A DNA stretch of 36,704 nucleotides, taken from Acidobacteriota bacterium (lineage in GTDB: Bacteria > Acidobacteriota > UBA6911 > RPQK01). Positions 19,976 through 27,746 of this stretch are shown here, piece after piece. Position 1 is the stretch's first letter. Every line of letters starts with the position of its first letter. Location of the stretch: positions 1 through 36,704 of the forward strand of contig RPQK01000001.1 in NCBI GenBank assembly GCA_003819755.1, read 5' to 3'. Under the pieces are notes generated by a model that saw nothing but the letters and a program-made list of their open reading frames with translations, was not told where the DNA came from and searched no databases. Both the position numbers and the translations under genes were made by a program.

Positions 19976-20639
19976 TCCGTCCGTCCTGGTTCGTCCAATA
20001 GCCTGCGCAATACTCCCTGAGCTTGTCCATTTCCTGCTGGTAGATCTCAACCCACTGGTCTTCGCTGGCATCGGGCGGAACGACGAAGAGGGGGGCGATC
20101 TTGACGAGCGTTCTCGAAAAAGGTTTCGGAATTCGAAAACGGTCCCAGCTTTTGATTTCCCAGTATTTCTCAGGTTCGAGGTGGAAAGGCATGATCGGCG
20201 ACCCGGTGTGCTGCGAAAGCCAGACCGGGCCGGGTTTGACGCGATAAAGCGGGCCTCGCGGTCCATCTGCGGTGAATCCTACGTCGCGCCCCTGCTCGAG
20301 GTGTCTTTTCATCTCGAGAAGAGCGCGGACGCCTCCGCGCGTGCTTGAGCCGCGCGCTGTCGAGTAGCCGAATTTCTCGATGACCTGCGTCGTGTAAAGG
20401 CCGTCCCGGTGCGAGCTGCTCATCACGATGATGCCGCGAAAGCGGAAGAAGTGAGTAGCCTGGAGGATCTGGTTGTGCCAGAAAGAGAGAATGACGCTCT
20501 TGCGCTGATCCTTGAACCGCTGAAAGTTCTCCCAACCCTCCACCCGGTAACGGAACGACGACCCGAGTGCGCTGACCAGACCGTATCCGAGCCAGCCGAC
20601 CAGGAAGAACTGGATCCTATCGAACAACGACAAATTCAT
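19914..20639 (-). CDS. DUF374-type lysophospholipid acyltransferase-family protein
   Basis: 241 aa. N-terminal TM; ILSFWHNQIL, SSHRDG, STRGG..AL and GFTADGPRGP match the DUF374 pattern as I recall it. The last 20 or so aa are repeat-encoded. Confidence 0.65.
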   Translation of the reverse strand: MNLSLFDRIQFFLVGWLGYGLVSALGSSFRYRVEGWENFQRFKDQRKSVILSFWHNQILQATHFFRFRGIIVMSSSHRDGLYTTQVIEKFGYSTARGSSTRGGVRALLEMKRHLEQGRDVGFTADGPRGPLYRVKPGPVWLSQHTGSPIMPFHLEPEKYWEIKSWDRFRIPKPFSRTLVKIAPLFVVPPDASEDQWVEIYQQEMDKLREYCAGYWTNQDGRKTGAKDQRMKGAEGKPAKQN

Positions 20640-20725
20640 AAACTCGACTCACGGTAGCATACCGCGCCAGGACTGACGACCCGGGCGCTGCCCGGATCGT
20701 CATCTCAGCGCCCAATGCCATTTAC

Positions 20726-21487
20726 CTAGCGCCCGCCCTTCGGGTCGCGTTCTCCGCTGATTTTGTTCAACTCCTCATCCAGTCGAATGACTTCCGCAAT
20801 GAACTCCGATCGCGAGGTCGGGGCAAAGGAGTTCTCGCGCTGGAGATCAAGAAACAGTTGATCGGTATCGTTCTGTACGGTCGCCAGCAGGTTGAAAAAG
20901 GTCTCCGGGCCTGGAGTTGTGATGTCTTCGCCGCCCCAGTGCAGGCGTTTGCATGCCTGGGCGATAAGGTGAAAGACCGCCTGGGTCCGAGCGATTTGGC
21001 GGTCATGCTCCTCGGGCGTTGTTTCGAGGACCACCAGCTTGAGAGATTTCAAGTATTCAAGAACGCTCTGGTAGAGAGGCGGATCGATCCTTACGGGGCA
21101 GACCGCTATTTTCATCCCGGCGATGCCCTTTTTTCCGCTATCCGGGCCGAAGAGGGGATGCGTTCCGAGAATCTGTACACTTTCCGGCAACTCCCGCCTC
21201 ATCACCTCGAGCGGTTTTTGTTTGACACTGCAGGTATCGACTACCAGCTGACCAGGTCGGAGCTGCGGAGCCATCTGGCGGCAGACTCTCTCGACCACCG
21301 AAATCGGGACCGCGAGGACGATCAAGTCGGCAGTAACGACATCGGCAAATGCGGCCGCTTCCGGGCAGTTCTTCATTTTCGCGGGATCCGGGTCGTAGAC
21401 TCGAATCTCTCGTGACATCCTTAGATACTGGTAAGCCATTGTTCCGAAACGGCCTAGACCGATCAGGCCGATTGTTTTGATTTTCAC
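20726..21487 (-). CDS. prephenate/arogenate dehydrogenase family protein
   Basis: 253 aa. Rossmann GLIGLGRFG at the N-terminus, DTCSVK, GTHPLFGP and TPEEHDRQIARTQAVFH. GTG start. Confidence 0.75.
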   Translation of the reverse strand: MKIKTIGLIGLGRFGTMAYQYLRMSREIRVYDPDPAKMKNCPEAAAFADVVTADLIVLAVPISVVERVCRQMAPQLRPGQLVVDTCSVKQKPLEVMRRELPESVQILGTHPLFGPDSGKKGIAGMKIAVCPVRIDPPLYQSVLEYLKSLKLVVLETTPEEHDRQIARTQAVFHLIAQACKRLHWGGEDITTPGPETFFNLLATVQNDTDQLFLDLQRENSFAPTSRSEFIAEVIRLDEELNKISGERDPKGGR

Positions 21488-21493
21488 GGGGTG

Positions 21494-21503
21494 AATTATA
21501 ATT
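21494..21503. promoter_or_regulatory. palindromic AATTATAATT (TATAAT on both strands) in a 24-bp divergent spacer
   Basis: ggggtgAATTATAATTgaaacaaaATG. On the plus strand TATAAT ends 9 nt before ATG 21512. On the minus strand TATAAT ends 7 nt before GTG 21487. Confidence 0.4.
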
Positions 21504-21511
21504 GAAACAAA

Positions 21512-22189
21512 ATGCCCACAAACACCCTGTTCAGTTACTTCTCAGCCGACCGGGATGACGAAGTCCTTGACTCCAAACACCCGGCTTGGGAAAAGACCGA
21601 CAAAGTCGTGATCAGCCGCCTCTGGAATGGGAGAGCGGCGCTGAAGGAAAAAGGCCCCGAGTGGCGAAACATGACCGAGGTGACCTCCATCTGGACGAAG
21701 AGCCATCTCTGTTTTCATTTCTGCTGCTGGTATGACGAGTTGAACGTCAACCGCGCTTGGGCGACCAACTCTTCGGTCCCCGGCCTGTGGGAAAGGGACG
21801 TCGTGGAGGTCTTTCTCCGGCCCGAATCCTGTGACGATTACTTCGAGCTGGAGGTCAGTCCGCTGGGCCAATGGCTCGATGTTCATATACGGAAACCCAG
21901 AGTCGATGTAGACTGGCGGTGGGACTCAGGGCTTCGGGTGGATGCGAGGATAGATGACGCGGCCGGGGTTTGGACCGCGATGCTCGCCGTCCCCTTTGCC
22001 CCCATGATGGAGGGCTGTTTTGGGGATCGCACCCGTCCCGAAATCGGCGATGCCTGGAGGCTGAATCTTTACCGGATGGCGGGAGAGGACCCTGATCGGG
22101 AGTTTCTCGCGTGGTGTCCCACCTTCAGTCCGGTTCCTGATTTTCACGTCCCTTCGGCCTTCGGCAACATCATCTTTATCGGAGACTGA
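21512..22189 (+). CDS. carbohydrate-binding family 9 (CBM9)-like domain protein, no signal peptide
   Basis: 225 aa. The pattern W..T.....LCFHF...D......W.......LWERDVVEVFL.P....DYFELEVSPLG..LD....W.......GW.A.L.VPF......GD.WRLNLYR resembles CBM9-like/DOMON-like folds. Assigned from memory of the family only. Confidence 0.5.
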   Translation: MPTNTLFSYFSADRDDEVLDSKHPAWEKTDKVVISRLWNGRAALKEKGPEWRNMTEVTSIWTKSHLCFHFCCWYDELNVNRAWATNSSVPGLWERDVVEVFLRPESCDDYFELEVSPLGQWLDVHIRKPRVDVDWRWDSGLRVDARIDDAAGVWTAMLAVPFAPMMEGCFGDRTRPEIGDAWRLNLYRMAGEDPDREFLAWCPTFSPVPDFHVPSAFGNIIFIGD

Positions 22190-23169
22190 TGGATCGAGAT
22201 CTTTCCTCCCTGTGTGTCGGCCAGGTTCGAAAACGATTCTTGAACAGGCGTCCTACACCTCGCCTGCTCAAGCTCCTGAAAGAGGACGGCCGCAACGGAG
22301 TCAGACAAGTATACGAGCTGCTGAAGAAAAGGGCTGATGACGAAAAGAAGGAGCGCCGCCGGATCAGCAGGATGCTTAGCCTGGAGCGCGATCTCTGGAG
22401 GTCGGGCCAGGTTCTCGTGGCCGGTGTGGATGAGGCGGGGATCGGCCCGCTGGCAGGGCCGGTCGTGGCTGCCGCCGTCATTTTCCCTCCTCGAACAAGG
22501 ATTCTCGGAATCAACGATTCAAAGAAGCTCACGCCTGAAGAGCGCGAGCAGCTGCTCAAGGCTATTCGGGCGAAGGCCTGCGCTACTGGTGTCGGGGTAG
22601 CCTCGGTCGAGGAGATAGATGAAATAAACATCTATCAGGCGGGTTTGCTGGCCATGAGACGCGCAGTTGAGAATCTGGGGATGGCGCCCCAGTATGTTCT
22701 CACCGATGCCCGAATCATCCCGGGAATCACGTTTCCACAAGACGGCATTATAGGGGGCGATGCCCTCTGCTTCTCGATAGCGTCAGCTTCAATCGTGGCC
22801 AAGACCCACCGTGATCAGCTGATGGCGGCCCTGGATCTTGATTATCCTCAATACGGCTTCGCCCGGCACAAGGGCTACTCCACTCCCGAGCACCAACGTG
22901 CGCTCCGCCGGTTTGGGCCCTCGCCCGTGCATCGGCGTTCCTTCCTCTATCTTCAGGAAGTATGCGGCAACTGCTCACCTCTCTTTTATTCCTATCTGGC
23001 CGAACTTTATCGTCGGGATTCGGTCGCTGAGCTCCAGCAGCTCGTGGAGCAATGGGAGCTCACCTGCCAGGAGTTCAACGAGTACGAGCAGCGGAAGTTC
23101 CAGCAGCGTCTGGCCCGACGTCTGAAACGTTTCGAGGAGGCGCGCGAAGCAGCGGAACCGCAACTCTAG
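22189..23169 (+). CDS. rnhB: ribonuclease HII with N-terminal helical extension and about 75-aa extra C-terminal region
   Basis: VAGVDEAGIGPLAGPVVAAAV, INDSKKLTPEERE, YQAGLLAMRRAV, SIASASIVAKTHRD and HKGYSTPEH. Its ATG overlaps the upstream stop (TGATG). Confidence 0.9.
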   Translation: MDRDLSSLCVGQVRKRFLNRRPTPRLLKLLKEDGRNGVRQVYELLKKRADDEKKERRRISRMLSLERDLWRSGQVLVAGVDEAGIGPLAGPVVAAAVIFPPRTRILGINDSKKLTPEEREQLLKAIRAKACATGVGVASVEEIDEINIYQAGLLAMRRAVENLGMAPQYVLTDARIIPGITFPQDGIIGGDALCFSIASASIVAKTHRDQLMAALDLDYPQYGFARHKGYSTPEHQRALRRFGPSPVHRRSFLYLQEVCGNCSPLFYSYLAELYRRDSVAELQQLVEQWELTCQEFNEYEQRKFQQRLARRLKRFEEAREAAEPQL

Positions 23170-23196
23170 GCGGCTCCGGGCTGACAGCTGAAAAGC

Positions 23197-23859
23197 GTGA
23201 TGGACGACGCCTTGACCGGGGCTCGAGAACGAATGGTGGAGCAGCAACTCAAAGAAAGAGGCATCAAAGATCCTCGCCTTTTGGACGCTTTTCGGAAGGT
23301 TCCTCGCCACGAGTTCGTCCCGCCTGAGCTGGCCCACCGTGCCTACTCGGACAACCCGCTTCCCATCGGAGAGGGCCAGACTATCAGCCAGCCTTACATG
23401 GTGGCGGTCATGACCGAGGCTGCTGATGTTCAGCCGGGGGACAAAGTCCTCGAGTTGGGCACCGGGAGCGGCTATCAGACAGCCATCCTCCTCGAGTTAG
23501 GGGCCGAAGTTTATAGCGTCGAGCGGGTCGCTCAGCTCCACCGGCAAGCGCATGATCGGCTCTCGCGACTCAATTACAGCAGGTGGAAGCTCAAACTGGA
23601 TGACGGGACGTTCGGCTGGCCTGAGTTCAGCCCGTTTAACTCGATTGTCGTCACCGCCGGCGCACCTGAAGCTCCGACCCCGCTCCTTGAGCAGCTGGCG
23701 CTGAACGGCAAGCTCGTCATCCCGCTGGAAGAACACTTCTCGCAGGTTCTTTACACCATCGTACGGACAGAACGGGGCTTTGAACGCCACCGCGGCGAGC
23801 GCTGCACCTTCGTCCCCCTCATTGGCGAACACGCCTGGAAGCACGATCCGAGAGAGTAA
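23197..23859 (+). CDS. pcm: protein-L-isoaspartate O-methyltransferase
   Basis: 220 aa. VPRHEFVP, GEGQTISQPYMVA, VLELGTGSGYQTA and VPLIG. ATG 23200 is an alternative to GTG 23197. Confidence 0.93.
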   Translation: MMDDALTGARERMVEQQLKERGIKDPRLLDAFRKVPRHEFVPPELAHRAYSDNPLPIGEGQTISQPYMVAVMTEAADVQPGDKVLELGTGSGYQTAILLELGAEVYSVERVAQLHRQAHDRLSRLNYSRWKLKLDDGTFGWPEFSPFNSIVVTAGAPEAPTPLLEQLALNGKLVIPLEEHFSQVLYTIVRTERGFERHRGERCTFVPLIGEHAWKHDPRE

Positions 23860-23899
23860 GAGTATGGCGCGCTGTGGACAGCTGCTACAGCACCCACGC

Positions 23900-23933
23900 T
23901 TGACAGGAAACGGCGGAAACTGCTAGAGTTTCC
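23900..23933 (+). promoter_or_regulatory. candidate promoter and TetR operator upstream of the efflux operon
   Basis: TTGACA (23900-23905), an 18-nt spacer, then TAGAGT (23924-23929). Inverted repeat GGAAACT-gctag-AGTTTCC (23915-23933) overlaps the -10, and an extra direct GGAAAC lies at 23906-23911. Confidence 0.5.
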
Positions 23934-23948
23934 CAAAGAGTTACCATC

Positions 23949-24629
23949 ATGGAAGACGGCCGGGAGCAAAAGCTTAAGCACCGCGTCATCGACGAAGCCG
24001 AGAAGTTGTTTTTCAGCGCCGGGTTCAGCTCGGTCACTATGGACGACCTGGCCGCTCGGCTGGGGATGAGCAAAAAAACGCTCTATCGGCTTTTTACCAG
24101 CAAACAGGACCTGCTGCGTGCGGTTATGCGGAAGATTGTCGAAGAGGTCGAGACGACGACAGATCGAGTGTTCGAGGATACGTCCCTCGGATTTCTCGAG
24201 AAACTTCACCAGGTGGTGTCGCTAATCGGTATCTACGTGATGCGCCTCCGGCAACCGATCCTCGATGATATCCGCCGCAATGCCATGGAGGTCTGGGAGG
24301 AATTCGATGCGTGGCGACAGCAGCGGGTGATTGGGAAGTTCGGAGGCCTTATCAGGCAGGGGATGGCCGAGGGGTTTATCAGAAGCGATCTCGATCCTCA
24401 ACTCCTGACGATTATTCACGCCACGTTAATCCGGCGGGTCATGAATCCGGAGACCCTGTCGGACCTGCCGCTCTCGGCCAGTCAGGCTTTTGCAACACTC
24501 CTCACGGTCTTTTTTGAAGGCATTTTGACCGGCGAGGCCAGGACTCAGTACCGGGAACCTGAGTTGCTGCGCAAGACCGCGAACTCGCTGCAGCTACTGC
24601 GGCTTCAGCCTCCAAGGGAAGAGCCGTAA
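23949..24629 (+). CDS. TetR/AcrR-family transcriptional regulator
   Basis: 226 aa. N-terminal HTH FSSVTMDDLAARLGMSKKTLYRLFTSKQDLL. It immediately precedes the efflux genes. Confidence 0.9.
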   Translation: MEDGREQKLKHRVIDEAEKLFFSAGFSSVTMDDLAARLGMSKKTLYRLFTSKQDLLRAVMRKIVEEVETTTDRVFEDTSLGFLEKLHQVVSLIGIYVMRLRQPILDDIRRNAMEVWEEFDAWRQQRVIGKFGGLIRQGMAEGFIRSDLDPQLLTIIHATLIRRVMNPETLSDLPLSASQAFATLLTVFFEGILTGEARTQYREPELLRKTANSLQLLRLQPPREEP

Positions 24630-24687
24630 GCAGAAACAACGGTGATGGAGTTGGGTATGTGGATGAAAAACCAGTTGTCTTTTATTA

Positions 24688-25023
24688 CCCCAAAGGGGTT
24701 ATGTAGCAAAGCCCATCATAGGCCGCGCAGTTTGCGGCCTACCCTGGGTCACGGTCGGGAGCAAGCGTCAACCCTGAAAGGGCATAAGCGCTCAAATAAC
24801 AATCGAGAGTTGGGGCGTCTCCTGGGAGCGCAGGCGTCTCGCCTGCACTGGGGCAAGGGGCGCCCCACTCTCGATCCTTATTCTAGCGCTTATGCCCTGA
24901 AAGGGTTGTGTATCGGGCTTGAGACGCAACCCCTTCAGGGTTGCGATTCTGCCGTCGCCCAACCCAGGGTAGGCCGCAAACTGCGCGGCCTACCCTGGGC
25001 TTTGCTACATAACCCCTGTGGGG
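24688..25023. mobile_element. 336-bp nested-palindrome, MITE/REP-like non-autonomous element
   Basis: Terminal arms GGGGTTATGTAGCAAAGCCCA (24695-24715) / TGGGCTTTGCTACATAACCCC (24996-25016) form a perfect 21 bp pair. TAGGCCGCGCAGTTTGCGGCCTACCCTGGG (24719-24748) and its exact complement (24963-24992) form a perfect 30 bp pair. Further inner pairs are GGGCATAAGCGCT/AGCGCTTATGCCC, ATCGAGAGT(T)GGGGCG/CGCCCCACTCTCGAT and GCAGGCG/CGCCTGC. TA flanks both ends. It has no coding capacity of its own. Confidence 0.55.
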
Positions 25024-26390
25024 TAAAGGCTGGCTGGAAACCGCTTGCGGGTGCGCTACTGGTGGCCTTGTTCCTCGCTCCGGTACAGCCGCTTTTCGCC
25101 CAGGTCTCGCCCGCCGACTCCGGCCGGGCGCCGATCAGGCTGACCTTACGCGAAGCTGTGGAAATGGCCCTCGCGCCGGATGGAAACGCCCGGGTCCGGC
25201 TAGCCGACCAGGCCGTGACGGTTGCCGAGTCTCGCGCCGCGCAGGCGAGGTCGGCCCTTCTCCCGAATCTGGACGCCGCGCTCGTACAGCAGAACCAAAC
25301 GCGGAACCTGGCCGCGTTCGGCATACGAATTTCTGTCCCTATCCCCGGGTTCACCTTCCCCGAGGTCGTCGGCCCCTTCAATACCTTTGACGTGCGGGCG
25401 AGTGCCAGCCAGAGCATCTTTGACCTGAGCGCGATACGGCGTTTTCAGGCCGCCCGATCGGGCGTGGCCACCGCCGAGAGCGAAGAACAAAGCCTTCAGG
25501 AGGTGGTAGCCGGGGAGGTGTCGCGCTTATACCTGGCCGGGTGGCAGGCGAGAAGCCGGGTCGAAACCGTGCAGTCGAGCGTTGATCTTGCCGTGGCATT
25601 GCTCGATTTAGCCGAGGATCAGAAGCGTGCCGGGACCGGGACGGGGATCGAGGTGACAAGGGCGCGTGTCCAGCTGGCAAACGAACGCCAGCGCCTGCTC
25701 GTTTCTCAGAACCAATACAGGGCGGCAGAATTACGTCTTCTCAGGGCGATCGGTCTCAAGCTCGATGACAGAATTGAGATCACTGAGCAGTTCGGCTATG
25801 AGCCCATGCCGGTCGAGTTGAAGCAGGCGGTTGCCCGGGCGGTGGAATCGAGGCCCGATTTACGGGCTCAGCGCAAGCGGGAACAGACCGCTCGCCTGAG
25901 CTATGGGGCAGTGAAATGGGAACGTCTGCCGTCGCTCGTCGCCTTCGGTGACTACGGGACGATTGGTTCTGCCGTCGCCGCGTCGATTCCCACCCGAACG
26001 TATGGGGTCATGATGCGCCTGCCGCTTTTCGACGGCGGGAGGCGGGACGCCAGGCGTGGGGAATCTCGCCTGCAACTAGAGCAGGAAATGACGAAAACGG
26101 CGGACTTGGAGGCACAGATCGAGATGGAGGTCCGCCTCGCGTTTGACAATCTCCAATCAGCCGAGGCCCAGATCCGTGTTGCGACCGAAGGCGTCGAATT
26201 GGCTCAGGCCGAGTTGGCTCAGGCGCGCCGGCGATATGAGGCGGGTGTGACAACCAGCCTCGAGGTTACGGACGCGCAGACCCGCCTGGAACGGGCGCAG
26301 GACAATCGCATTGCGGCGACATTCAGTTTCCAGGTGGCGAAACTGGATCTGGAGCAAGCAACGGGCTCCGTGCGGGAAGCGGTTAAGTAA
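25002..26390 (+). CDS. TolC-family outer-membrane efflux protein
   Basis: The TolC-like region starts at LTLREAVEMAL... and has two repeats of long helical segments. A signal-like sequence KAGWKPLAGALLVALFLAPVQPLFAQ precedes it. The track ORF starts at 24642, but its first 120 codons are the repeat element. I tentatively start at in-frame TTG 25002, and the start is uncertain. Confidence 0.82.
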   Translation: MLHNPCGVKAGWKPLAGALLVALFLAPVQPLFAQVSPADSGRAPIRLTLREAVEMALAPDGNARVRLADQAVTVAESRAAQARSALLPNLDAALVQQNQTRNLAAFGIRISVPIPGFTFPEVVGPFNTFDVRASASQSIFDLSAIRRFQAARSGVATAESEEQSLQEVVAGEVSRLYLAGWQARSRVETVQSSVDLAVALLDLAEDQKRAGTGTGIEVTRARVQLANERQRLLVSQNQYRAAELRLLRAIGLKLDDRIEITEQFGYEPMPVELKQAVARAVESRPDLRAQRKREQTARLSYGAVKWERLPSLVAFGDYGTIGSAVAASIPTRTYGVMMRLPLFDGGRRDARRGESRLQLEQEMTKTADLEAQIEMEVRLAFDNLQSAEAQIRVATEGVELAQAELAQARRRYEAGVTTSLEVTDAQTRLERAQDNRIAATFSFQVAKLDLEQATGSVREAVK

Positions 26391-26459
26391 GAGGTCTGCA
26401 CAGACCTGCGGCTGCCCGCATCTTTGATTTTGCTAGATCGTCCTTTCGGGAGACTGATA

Positions 26460-27641
26460 ATGAAGGCTAAGCGAATACTCATTCCAATTATCCTCGTCGT
26501 CGCAATCATCGCGGCCATCGTTGTTTACTCCAGAGGCTGGTTCAACTCGGCGCCGAGTAACCGACTCGCCTTCTCTGGGAACATCGAAATGACCGAGGTC
26601 AAAATTGCCTTTCGACTACCGGGGAAGATCGAGGAACTGTCGCTGAAAGAAGGAGACAGGGTCAAAGCGGGTGATGTGATCGCCAGGCTGGACACGGCCC
26701 AATTGCGCAGCCAGAAAGAGCGGGTTCAGGCGGCGCGCCTGTCCTCGACAGCTCGGCTGGACCAGGTGAATACGACCATCGATCTGCAGGCAGAGACGGT
26801 GGAAGGACAAATCGAGCAGCGCCGGGCCGAGGTCGGCAATGCCGAGGCAATACTCAACGAATTGCTGGCCGGCAGCCGCAAACAGGACATCGAACAGGCC
26901 CGGGCGGCGCTCGAACGCGCCAGGACGGAGCATCAGACCGCGGAACGCGACTGGCAGCGGGCTCAGACCTTGTTCAAAGACGAGGACATTTCGGCGGCGG
27001 CTCATGATCAGGCTAGATCACGTTTTGAAGGCGCTGCGGCGGCGGTTAAACAGGCCGAGGAACGGCTCTCCCTGGTTCAGGAAGGTCCGCGCGCGGAAAC
27101 GATCGAGGCAGCCCGGGCGCAAGTCCGCAGAGCGCAGGCGGGACTGAGACTGGCGGAAGCAGCCAGGCTGGAGGTCAAGAGAACAAGGCAGGAGCGGGAA
27201 GCACGTGCCGCCGATATTGCCCAGGTTGATGCCGAGCTGGGAGTGGTCGACGCGCAATTGAGTGACTCGGTGGCACTCGCACCTGCTGACGGAGTCGTCC
27301 TGATCAAATCGGCGGAAGACGGGGAAGTGGTGGCGGCAGGGAGCACAATTCTTACTTTGGGAGACATCGAGCACCCATGGCTCCGCGGCTACGTTGGCGA
27401 GAAAGACCTGGGCCGCATCAAGCTGGGGATGCCTGTCAGGATAACAACCGACTCCTTCCCGGGAAAGGTTTACCAGGGAAAGATCGCCTTCATTTCGTCG
27501 GAGGCCGAGTTCACACCCAAGCAGATCCAGACGCCCGAGGAGCGCGTGAAGCTCGTCTATCGGATTAAAGTCGATGTCGAGAACACGAATCATGAACTGA
27601 AATCGAATATGCCGGCCGATGCGGAGATTGTGTTGGAGTAA
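26460..27641 (+). CDS. HlyD-family periplasmic adaptor (YbhG-like)
   Basis: MKAKRILIPIILVVAIIAAIVVY TM anchor, a lipoyl-like motif, a long coiled coil rich in A/Q/R/E and a C-terminal beta-barrel (GMPVRITTDSFPGKVYQGKIAFIS). GGGAG lies 8 nt before ATG 26460. Confidence 0.9.
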   Translation: MKAKRILIPIILVVAIIAAIVVYSRGWFNSAPSNRLAFSGNIEMTEVKIAFRLPGKIEELSLKEGDRVKAGDVIARLDTAQLRSQKERVQAARLSSTARLDQVNTTIDLQAETVEGQIEQRRAEVGNAEAILNELLAGSRKQDIEQARAALERARTEHQTAERDWQRAQTLFKDEDISAAAHDQARSRFEGAAAAVKQAEERLSLVQEGPRAETIEAARAQVRRAQAGLRLAEAARLEVKRTRQEREARAADIAQVDAELGVVDAQLSDSVALAPADGVVLIKSAEDGEVVAAGSTILTLGDIEHPWLRGYVGEKDLGRIKLGMPVRITTDSFPGKVYQGKIAFISSEAEFTPKQIQTPEERVKLVYRIKVDVENTNHELKSNMPADAEIVLE

Positions 27642-27651
27642 GGCGCGGTTT

Positions 27652-27730
27652 TTATCCACGAACCAACACGAACCAACACCAACGAAACCGCCTTTTTCGT
27701 TCGCGTTGGTTCGTGTTGGTTCGTGGATAA
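27652..27730. repeat. CACGAAC-family palindromic element, copy 3, inside the efflux operon
   Basis: TTATCCACGAACCAACACGAACCAACACCAACGAAA / ccgccttt / TTTCGTTCGCGTTGGTTCGTGTTGGTTCGTGGATAA. Lies between the adaptor stop 27641 and the ATPase start 27747. Confidence 0.88.
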
Positions 27731-27746
27731 GAACAAAAGGTAGCTC

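Noticed and set aside
24642-25001. First 120 codons of the 582-aa TolC ORF
   Set aside because: This stretch is encoded by the nested-palindrome repeat element. It lies upstream of a normal signal peptide and has no similarity to TolC. It is probably read-through of a repeat, although the true start (TTG 25002 or elsewhere) is unverified.
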